Assembly: GCF_902459465.1 (NCBI RefSeq)
Contig: NC_047063.1
Location: forward strand, 18,910,001 to 18,974,000
DNA length: 64,000 bases
Source of the DNA: Asterias rubens
Lineage: Eukaryota
Direction: 5' to 3'
The position numbers were made by a program, and so were the translations under genes. Of this stretch, positions 26,233-36,357 are shown piece by piece. Within the stretch, counting starts at the first letter, position 1. Every line of letters starts with the position of its first letter. Below the pieces are notes generated by a model. That model had not been told where the DNA came from, did no database searches, and saw only the letters and a list, made by a program, of their open reading frames with translations.

Positions 26233-26545
26233 GAATAACAACTTCTTGAATCGTAAAACTCATAATCATAGACACCAATGTTTGTAATCAGAGAAATTGG
26301 CTGTAAGTATNNNNNNNNNNNNNNNNNNNNNNNNNNNNNNNNNNNNNNNNNNNNNNNNNNNNNNNNNNNNNNNNNNNNNNNNNNNNNNNNNNNNNNNNNN
26401 NNNNNNNNNNNNNNNNNNNNNNNNNNNNNNNNNNNNNNNNNNNNNNNNNNNNNNNNNNNNNNNNNNNNNNNNNNNNNNNNNNNNNATCAAACAAATCAAT
26501 AAACAAACAAACAAACAAACAAATAAACAAACAAACATACAAACA
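26185..26545. other. Assembly gap (175 N, 26311-26485) flanked by (AAC)n and (AAAC)n microsatellites
   Basis: N run counted directly; AAC repeats about 26185-26235, AAAC repeats 26486-26545. Confidence 0.98.
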
Positions 26546-27469
26546 TAGAAAATAATGAACTCAAACAAGCTTTCAAGTTGGAATTGTTAATAATATTATT
26601 GCTTTAATACAGCTTCAACGAAACGTCAGAGATTTTCAACTCTGCAAACTATTTTTTGTTTCGCATTGATTCAATTTATCAAATTGTTTTGCTGGTATTG
26701 AACAAAGTCATGCTTAACAATAATGTAGAAATATAGAACGGTCGACAAACTTTCCAGTTTGATGACTGAACTTGCTGGTAGTTTAAATACCTTCGTGGCA
26801 TAGAAAACAATCGTAAAGTCAACAAACTTTCCAGCTCGCTTCTTATATATTGAGGTCTGGTTGCTGGTGTTAAATATCAAACAAAGTGGAGATGTCAACA
26901 AACTTTTTCGATTTAATATTTTGTGTGAATTAATTTGCTGACGCTTGATTGTGGCTTTATTGTACAAAAATAATATTAATTTAATTTTTTGTTCAACCCC
27001 AAAAATCAAAAATAATATTAGTATAACTAGGGGTGTTTTATAGGAGTAGAACCCTCGTGATCTTTGGTGCTGTGAGATAAACCTATACGAAGCACACAAA
27101 CAACCTAATAAGTGGTTTTTTTCAACACATTTCTAAACAACATATAATAAACCAAGTTTATATAGTATATGTATAATAATAAAGCATTTCAATCCAAAAA
27201 TATCTATGAAAGTTTCCACCATTACCGACTTTATACTGTATAGAAATTGTGTGCAAATCTGAGAACATTTTTAAATCGTTTGAAATCTTATGCTGCTCAC
27301 GTATACTCTCATAAGTTGTGCTTACACTCCACACTAAAACCTACACATAACACAATTCATAATCAAGTGCATAAATTGTTTATAATAAAGTTTTTTTATT
27401 TGAACTTATGATACATTCACCATACTAGCCAATAATCCAATGGAGAGAAGACGAGAAAGAGAGATCTTC

Positions 27470-27630
27470 ACTTATGGTGTTGGAAGAAAACCAAAGGGAA
27501 CTATTCAAGAGAAAACCCACGCAATCAGGTAGGGGCTGAATCTCAATCAACATAGTGCCACAGAGAGGATTCGAACCGGGACCTATACATAGAGGTGGAA
27601 GGCGAGGGAAGCTACCACTATGCCAGCCAG
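27470..27630 (-). mobile_element. tRNA-derived SINE
   Basis: On the minus strand, A box TGGCATAGTGG (27615-27625) and B box GGTTCGAATCC (27567-27577), followed by a non-tRNA body. Confidence 0.7.
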
Positions 27631-27672
27631 ACAACCCACAGATAAGTTTTTTCGAAGAGACATCTTCTTTAA

Positions 27673-28054
27673 AGACACTGGACACTATCGGTAATTGTCA
27701 AAGACCAGTCTTCTCACTTGGTGTATCTCAACATATGCATAAAATAACAAACCTTTGAAAATTTCAGCTCAATCGGTCATCGGAGTTGCGAGATAATAAT
27801 AATAAAATTTAAAAAAAACACCCTTGTCACACGAAGTTGTGTGCGTTTAGATGGTTGATTTCGAGACCTCAAGTTCTAAATCAGAGGTCTAGAAATCAAA
27901 TTCGTGGAAAATTACTTCTTTCTCGAAAACTGTGTCACTTCAGAGGGAGCCGTTTCTCACAATGTTTTATACCACCAACCTCCCCATTACTCGTCACCAA
28001 GTAAGGTTTTATGCTAATAATTATTTAGAGAAATCACCAATAGTCTCCACTGCT
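27673..28054. mobile_element. Kolobok-type MITE copy, 45 bp downstream of the EBP3 stop
   Basis: TTAA|AGACACTGGACAC...CCACTGCT|TTAA. Confidence 0.85.
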
Positions 28055-28098
28055 TTAAACCCAACATTATCTTCTACATCATTTTCACTCTTAAAAAC

Positions 28099-31000
28099 TC
28101 ATCTAATTTTTTTTGAGACACCACCTTTAACCGGGTTGAATCCAGTCTCTTTGTCCAGAAGCCCCTGGGCTAGGGTGAGTTGCTTCCAGGACTGATAGAT
28201 TAGGATTGGTGGCACCACCAGCCAGGGTGAGTTCATCCCGAATACGTAAGTCCAGAAGTATATAGGGTGGAACCGGGGACCGTGGGATAGACCATCGAAC
28301 ATCTCGGTGAAGAAGTACAGAAGCGTACCTGGGTGTGGGATAACAAAAGATAGTCTTGACTTAGTTTTCGAATGACGTTAGCTTCAGCGGAGCAGGACTT
28401 TTTATGACAGCAAACATCGCTGCAGGAACTAGGTTTGTGGTGAGAGTGCGCGGCATTGTTTTGGTTTGTTTAGCACACAAGTCAGTGGCTAGTGGCTAGT
28501 ACCACACGAGGCAAAGGATAGTGGCTAGTACCACACTAATAGTATAATGGCTGGTGGCTAGTACCACACGAGGCAGTGGCCAGTGGCCAATACCACACTA
28601 GAAGTGGCTCAGAGTGGCTAGTACTACACTAGTTAGTGGCTAGTGGCTAGTACCGCACGAGGCACACCTATTTGCTAATACCGCACTTATAGTAATAATG
28701 GCTACTGGCTAGTACCACACGAGGCAGTGGCTAGTGGCTAGTACCGCACTTTAGGCAGTGGCTAGAGGCTTGTACCATACCAGTAAGCGGCTAGTGGCCA
28801 GTGGCTAATACCACACTAGCCAGTGGCTAGTGGCTAGTGGCTAATACAACACTAGCCAGTAGCTAAATGGTACAGCTTGTTTCCGCGTTCGCGTGTAAAG
28901 AAGCCTTGGATACTTTGAAAGTCGTATGAAATAATAATTGTACTGCTCGAAGATAAAAGACCGGATGAAAACAATGACAGTAACTTACCGTAGTATTGGC
29001 CAAGGGAGACGCCAAACTGGAGTGCGTAACGCATTGGGTGTCTGTTAAGGAACGCCCACACAATGACGAAACATCCGGGACCTTCAAGCCATGCCGTCAG
29101 CCCCTCCATGATAATAATACAAGCATTTGCCCTGAAATATCAACCATTATATTTTTCTATTAACTTCATATTCTTTTAAAAAGAATTCGGCACACAGTCA
29201 GAGTATGTCATGAGAAATATAATTGGCCATTGGAAAATGTGACAAGAACTACAAGCATTTTTGTCAATACATTAGAGTTGATTTGGTATTGGACATTCAG
29301 TTCAAATAGGTTTGTACATACAGCGAATGTACACTTTTGCTTTTTATTTATATTGGACATTAAACATTCACATACATTTTGTACAGTAACAGCAGGCCCG
29401 AGTAAAAGTGTACCATTGTATACTTACTGCACATATCTGCTATCACCCTTTGCATACTCTTTCCCTGTAATAACACAGAAATATTTTGAAATATGTTAAT
29501 TACACTGATAATTATTTATGTGACTTGACGCGAATCTGAGCAGTGGGACCCGTGAAAGTGCGCGATTTTGTCTCCGTTACATGTTAAAGGCAGTGGGCAC
29601 TATTGGTAATTACTCAAAATAATGATCAGCATAAAACCTTTCTTGGTGACGAGTAATGTGGAGAGGTTGATGGTATAAAACATTGTGAGAAACGGCTCTC
29701 TCTGAAGTGGAGTAGTTTTCGAGCAAGAAGTTATTTTCCACGAATCTGATTTCGAGACCTCAGATTTAGAATTTGAGGTCTCGAAATCAACCATCTTAAC
29801 GCACACAACTTCGTGTGACAAGGTTTTTTTTCTTCTTTCATTATTATGTTGCAACTTCGACGTCCAAATGAGCTCAAATTTTCCCAGGTTTGTTATTTTA
29901 TGCATAATATGTTGAGATACACCAAGTGAGAACACTGGTCTTTGACAAATACCAATAGTGTCCAGTGTCTTTACAGAATGAGACGTGGTTCCAAGAAAAC
30001 AATGCTGGAATTCGCGCGAGACTTGAAGGCAGTGGACACTATTGGTTATTACTCAAAATAATTATCATCATAAAACCTTTCTTGATTACAAGTAATGGGG
30101 AGAGGTTGGTCGTATCAAACATTTTTCTTTCATTCTTATCTCGCAATTTCGACAACCAATTGAGTTCAACATTTCACAGGTTTGTTATTTTGTGCATGTT
30201 GAGATAGTGAGAAGACTGGTCCTTTCTGAGCAGGGTTAATTATTTACTGTGAATTAGTTATTTACCAGGAAATTCGCCCAAAAGTTCCTGGGATTCTCCC
30301 GGGAAATACCTATAGCGTAAAAAGGGTTTTTGATTGTAGTAGAGAACATACTTGCAATGAGACACATACTTTTAACGAGCTTATTATTGCTAATGCCAAG
30401 ATCATCGGCAGGATAATCATTGCCTGAGGTAAGAAATCTGACGTGGTTATCGTCTGCTAAAAGGGTGACCATCTATTGTGCTTCAAAAATATGAATGATA
30501 TTTTATAGCTCTTTCGGTTCCAATGAGGCGGTTTGATTTAAATCCGTATAGGCATGAAGATGTTTGCATTGACTTGTTATAGATATAAGTAACGTTCATT
30601 TCAATGTAACCTGGAAACAACTTTCAAGAGCGCGAAATGGGTGCGAGGGCTAATACTGCTTTTCTAGGATAACAAATCTGTTGTACCCGTTGAATTTTTC
30701 TTTCTTAAAGGCAGTGGACACTGGTAATTACTCAAAATAATTATTATTATAAAACCTTACTATTGGTAACGAGTAATGGGGAGAGATTGATAATATAAAA
30801 CATTGTGAGAAACGGCTCCCTCTGAAGTGACGTATATAGTTTTCGAGAAAAATGTAACGTTCAACGAATTTGATTTCGAGACCTAAAGTTTAGAATTTGA
30901 GGTCTCGAAATCAAGCATCTGAAAGCACACAACTTCGTGTGACAATGGTGTTTTTTCTTTCATAGTTATCTCGCAGCTTCGACGACCAATTGAGCTAAAA

Positions 31001-31581
31001 TCTTCAGAGGTTTGTTATTTTATGCATATGTTGGGATACTCCAAGTGAGAAGACTGGTTTGTGACAGTTTACATGTTTGCAACTTTGGGAAACCGTGGGT
31101 ATAATGTCGATTGGTTTGTTTTTACGTACGATGCTCCTTCGAGACAAGGATTCGTTTATACCATCATCAATTTTAGAGTTAAAATGATGGCGTTCTATTC
31201 TCAGTGTATTATCATCACCAAAACAAAAACTATCTTTCGGTTTTTGTTTTCTGTCTTTCTTTTTCATTCCAAAAACGGACACTTACATATTTGCGCCAAG
31301 AAGTTGTCTTCGCCGGGAAAGGTTGTGCTGTTCAGGCTTACGTAGCCCTCTACGGCCATGTGGATGCAACCACACAACCCCCACCAGCCCAGCGCTGCCT
31401 TCTCCCAAGAACCCAGGGCACGGTCAAACCGGTCCTGCTTCACGTACTTCCAGACGGCCATGAAGATGAAGAAGAAAATAGTCAAGGCAATGGGTGTGAC
31501 CGCGTTGCCGAGACTGTTTTCCTTGTAGTGGGGCACTTCCATCCCCAGTGGATAGTACGGATGAGACACGTTTGAAGCCAT
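28099..31581 (-). CDS. EBP: EBP-family sterol isomerase, copy 3, 234 aa
   Basis: Exons 31287-31581, 29428-29464, 28989-29131, 28099-28328 (705 nt). Motifs IHMAVEG, WKEYAKGDSRY, MEGLT and MNSPW; ends SKKIR*. Confidence 0.94.
28484..28865 (+). repeat. GTGGCTA-based minisatellite with higher-order units of about 30 bp, EBP3 intron 3
   Basis: AGTGGCTAGTGGCTAGTACCACACGAGGC repeated with variants. Confidence 0.92.
29588..29970. mobile_element. Kolobok-type MITE copy, EBP3 intron 1
   Basis: TTAA|AGGCAGTGGGCAC...GTGTCCAGTGTCT. Confidence 0.83.
30027..30221. mobile_element. Kolobok-type MITE, internally deleted and truncated, EBP3 intron 1
   Basis: AGGCAGTGGACACTATTGG start, with family sequence to about 30221. 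Confidence 0.75.
30709..31068. mobile_element. Kolobok-type MITE copy (right TIR lost), EBP3 intron 1
   Basis: TTAA|AGGCAGTGGACAC start followed by the family body. Confidence 0.8.
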
Positions 31582-33590
31582 GATTACAGGAGTTACAGTC
31601 ACGACGTACGACCAACTTTAAGGTGGCGGCACTTCTGTTCCGAACGACTAGTTGCACCAAGACTAAGTGGTGCACCGAGCTTTCTTGCGCTTATAAGCAA
31701 ACTCCTTGTGTTCAAGGATACCACTTGATGACATGGTAATGTATAGCCCGCATCACAGACGAAGTTCTCAGTATCATACGAACAATTAAATTTATGAGTG
31801 TAGGAGAGATAACATTAATGATTATGAGTTGGAATCTGGCATGTTCCATTCAAGAGGAACTCAAAAAGAGTGGGTTGCTATGGTAAAGAAAATTAAACCG
31901 ACTCCAATGTTCTGAGTAAAATTTATAAATGAATTTTCCCTCATCTTGCAATCTTCGTGGAGTGGGATCTGGACTTAATTATATCTGGTAACGTTTTTTG
32001 TTAAACCTTTGTTATTGATAGCTTTCGGGGAACTCGTTGCACTATACTGTCAGTTTTATTCAGTCATAAGCACAAAACGCCATTAGACAAAAAAAAAACA
32101 GACATCTAATCTTCCATAAACATTTATTATGACTAAAACTACGGCATATTATAATACTTTACTCAAGGTTTGTGCCCCTAATTGCCAATATTTACGTACG
32201 TATTCATTGTTTTCCCGTACTGTAAAAAGGTACGTAAATAATGACAAAATATTTACGGTTGGTGCCCCAAATTTAAAATAATTTATCTAAATACATTATT
32301 TGCGTAAAATACTTAATGATTTGTGTCCCTAAATGCAGATACTTGCTTATTGTTACGCATTTGTTCTACGAAATTATCTCTTAAATCGTCAAATAATTAT
32401 AGCTATAGCACTTTGAGTCGCCCCTCAATGTCATGATGAAGTGCTATTAAAATAGTAACGAAAGCATGTTGCACTTTTCCAAAAGTCGCCAAAACGCATG
32501 CTACCTAATTATAAGAAGAAAAGAACACTAAAAGAAGCGAACTTAATATTATTGGAGTGTTCTTGCAAACACAGCATTCACCACCTATACTGGTGCGGGC
32601 GGAAGGACCTTATAAAAATAAAATAAAACTCTCTGATAGTCGTTCAATTTGATGACATCGTAATTTATTTGCTGGTATTTTGATTGCACCGTGCTCTTTC
32701 TTAAGTAAAACAAAGTAAAATTATGGTATAATGTCAACAAACTTTTCATTCTTGTGAATTTTTTTGATGACGTGTTCTATTTAAAGCTTTATCGAACAAA
32801 TAAAATCAGAGAGAACTGAGTATACTGTCAACAAACTTTTTAGTCGTATGAATACTTTGATAATAATAATAATAAATAATAAAAGGTATTTATAATGCGC
32901 TTTTCCAAAACATGATCAAAGCGCATAACAAAGAATAGGATAAATTAAAACTTGCAAGAAACAAATCATTAATCTACTATTTAGGAAAGAAATGAGTGTT
33001 TAAGCTGAGTTTTATCGGAAGAAGAACGGAGTCCTGGACGGTGAGTTTGGCGAAGATGAAACATTAGACAGATAAGATTAAAAACATAGAAGAGTGTTGA
33101 ATTTGATGCGCTTCTCCATGGAAAGACGGTGTAGTTTTGCGATAAAGAGATATTAAAAGTTTTATGGTGCAAACAAAATCAGAGAAAACTATTCATAAAA
33201 ACAACTATTTGAAAGTCAGCAATTATCAACTGTAGGTGGTTTTGTTTTTGTTAATTAACGCCTGTATGATGGCTCACTCTGATTTTTTCAGTTGAAATTG
33301 AAAACTCACCAGTGATTGTCTTTCAACAATCACAAAAAAATTAATTCTCACTATTCGATCGAGTACTTGTCTTGAAGGTGGCAAGCATACTAAATAGTTC
33401 TATGTTTTTACTGTATGCATGCGAACATTTGATTAATAATACCCTTTATGGGATCTCATTAACTTTGATTAATTGGATTGGATTGGTTTGAATTAAATCG
33501 AATCGAATCGAATCAAATCGAATCAATGGGTACCTTTTGTAGGACACCAAACACAATGTCCACAGATTTACATGACGTTAAATGTGTTGT

Positions 33591-33835
33591 GTAACGCATG
33601 TAAAAGAACCCAGTGCACTTATCGAAAAGAGAAGGGGTACGCCCCGATGTTCCTGGCTGTGGCTGCTATATGCGCCGTTATCACCTTGTAAACCCTTATA
33701 ATGTGCTAAATAATTGGGTCTCAGAATTCATCACTGCAATAACCTATCTGTCTGGAAGTTTGTAATTTACTCAGCGCCTTGAGTACCTTGTTTGGTAGAT
33801 ACGTGCGCTATATAAGACTTCGATATTATTATTAT
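33591..33835 (+). mobile_element. Interspersed SINE-tail-like repeat (other copies near 1990-2150, 3410-3560 and 36284-36350 reverse)
   Basis: Shared strings GTAACGCATGTAAAA.AACCCAGTGCACTTATC and GCGCCTTGAGTACCTTGT...GTAGATAC, ending in ATT repeats. Confidence 0.7.
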
Positions 33836-34663
33836 TATTGTATTTTGCTTTGCTTAGCCGCAGATCGAACTTTATTACATTGTTGGCCAAGAAACCCTTG
33901 AAATAAATGTTGTCTTAAAAAATAGTTCACCATACTTGACGTAAAGATAATGGGTGCATTTCAGGCGGTGACTGTTGGATGTAAGAAGTGCTATACTATG
34001 TACTTAGACAGGTCCCCTGTCTTTAGGATAAAAACAGGTACTTTCTTTTCAGCACCAGTGATTTTATTTAATACAAAGTACTGTCATTGGATAAACGTGC
34101 AGTAACGTGAGCATTACATGTTGCATTTTGATTGGTCTGAGGTTGATGTTGATGCAGCTGAGCAACATCACCTCGGACCAATCAAAACACAGATATGGAA
34201 AGCTTGCTTTCGGCGTCTGCATGCAATGTCCACACGGGTTTTGTGCAGGCTACATGTACATGTTTTAATAATCAATGTTACTATAGGATTTTAGTTCGTA
34301 CGTTTTTCCATGTGAAATGGATGTAGATGACAGGTGATTGACTAGACTTGATTCAAGTACCAGTCTCGTGTGAGAGGTCCCCCAACGTATTATAAAACCA
34401 CACGTAGCATACACAGTACAGTGCGCCGTCACTGTCAAAATGTTGAACAGGTTTGGGATCGCAGAGCATCACAAAACAGTATTTCTCTGGGGATGGCACG
34501 GGATTGGGACTTGAGTCAAGTCTGGGTGATTACGGACGGGGATTGACCTAGGCTCAGAGGCCACTCTTTGGCGTTTACTCGTGAGCCTCGAAGTGTGACG
34601 TCAGTTGTTCAGGCTGTACTGTGTATCACTATAATATATCCCATCAAGCAGCATCTACTACCA

Positions 34664-34880
34664 TACCGAAAGGTTTGCGGTAACACCATGTAATGACTGT
34701 CTCTATAATGAGTTGAGATGGTTCTAAAAAGAACCGTTGGTTTCAACTCGACGTTTCGATCAGTATGCTCTGATCGTCTTCTGGAGAAAGATTCTAACTC
34801 ATTAGGGATTGTCATTACATGGTGTTACCACAAACCTTTCCATATCGTATTTCCACCATTCAAAGTTTCAAATCCTACTT
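34664..34880. mobile_element. Hairpin repeat family with a one-sided extension, Penelope-like (other copies 5853-6040 and 23128-23240)
   Basis: Inverted arms GAAAGGTTTGCGGTAACACCATG / CATGGTGTTAC..CAAACCTTTC; a shared 3' tail TCGTATTTCCACCAT.CAAAGTTTCAAATCCTACTT in two copies; internal GACGTTTCGATCAG motif. Confidence 0.6.
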
Positions 34881-35671
34881 GGCATCTACTACCTTCCTTT
34901 TTTGTGACGGTTGGCCTTTCCAATGTGAAGAAGTACCACGACAGAATACAATTCTGAACAAGAAATTCAATTTGAAAACGCTATTTATTGTGCGGGTATA
35001 TATTGACATTGCTCATTTAATACAACATTAAATAGAGTGTTATTTTGGAATAAAGTGGATTCAATCTAAATATAGTTTTTTTTAGTAGAACAATCATTCT
35101 TAAAGCTGACAACTATCGTACCAAAAGAATTATAAATTGAAAGTGAAAAATTATAGCCAACTCAAGGGGTGCAAAATCAAAGTATTTTATTTTAATACTC
35201 CCAAATAAAAAAATAACATGGTGTGCTTTTAGCTTTAGTGTGAGAGTCCAAGTGTATTGGCGTCATTAGTAGGACATTGTTTTTATTAGGGTTCATTTTT
35301 TTTATGTGGGAGGATGAACAATTTGTCATTGTCAAGTAAGGCTGATGATAATATCTAGCTTGCATTGTGTGGAAGGTTAAAATACCACCCTGAATACAGC
35401 AATATTGAGACACTATTTGTGTACAATCTAGACTGTTTTATGAGGAATATCAATTCCTACCTGCAGTGGCTCTGAGTTCTTTCTACTTGAAATGAATGAT
35501 TTGCTTGTATAGCCCCGTACCAAGAGTGGCTTCTTCCCGTTTGGGGGCGAACTTTCATACAATAAAACTAAAAAACACCGACACAAAATGGTGCAATATA
35601 ATAATTATCTTCTTTTTAACATGCAAATTATCTTCTATACACAATCATATAGCAATAACTATAATATCGAA

Positions 35672-36283
35672 GTATTATAATAATATTGATAATTAACCAT
35701 TCTTATATAGCGCATAACACATAGTAATAAAACATGTACCTAAGCGCTCTTGAGAAAAATACAACAGAATACAACGACAAGATGTACTGGGTAACAAACA
35801 AAATGGAATAATTAAATGTTAAATAAGTTCGTCTTTAAAGCAATCTTGTACTTAACAATGGAGTCTATGTTTTTTAGTTGTTCTGGGAGATTGTTCTATA
35901 AAGTTGAGGCAGTGTGAACGAAGCTGCGTTCACCATATGACTTGGTCATCACTGGTGGATGGAATAACAAACAACTTTTTCTTATTAGAACGAAGATTTC
36001 TAGAAGGTGTGTACAATGTTAACAGCTCGGTCAAATAAGGAGGCGCAAAATCATAAAGACATTCATAAGCTAACAACACTATTTTGAATGTAATGCGAGA
36101 GTGAATTGGCAGCCAGTGTAAGTCTCTTGGGATAACAGACACAGATTCATGTTTCCTAATACGATAGATAAGACGAGCTGCAGAGTTCTGCACAACCTGC
36201 ATCTTCTGCACTTGACGAGCCAAAATCCTAGAAAGGAGGCTATTGCAAAAATCAAGGTGACACACTACAAAAGCATGAATCAA
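35672..36283 (-). mobile_element. 5'-truncated L2/CR1-group LINE 3' end
   Basis: ORF2 C-terminal motifs LDFCNSLL, VQNSAARL, LHWLPI..RITFKI and APPYLTELL; 3' UTR ends GCGCTATATAAGAA plus ATT-type repeats. Confidence 0.85.
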
Positions 36284-36357
36284 ACAAGGTACTCAAGGCG
36301 CTGAGTATTATACAAACTTTCAGAAAGATAGGTGATATTGAAGTGATGGAAAACAAC

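Noticed and set aside
26266-26568. ORFs containing X runs
   Set aside because: Artefacts of translating through the N gap and microsatellites.
26671-27099. 142-aa minus-strand ORF between EBP2 and EBP3
   Set aside because: AT-rich, low-information composition with no family motif and a non-ATG start.
27560-27630. tRNA gene (similar heads near 13400-13450 and 44865-44890)
   Set aside because: A and B boxes are present, but there is no full cloverleaf or acceptor stem and the sequence continues into a SINE body.
35930-36283. 117-aa ORF as a host gene
   Set aside because: It matches the C-terminal tail of L2/CR1 ORF2 and is a truncated retroelement.
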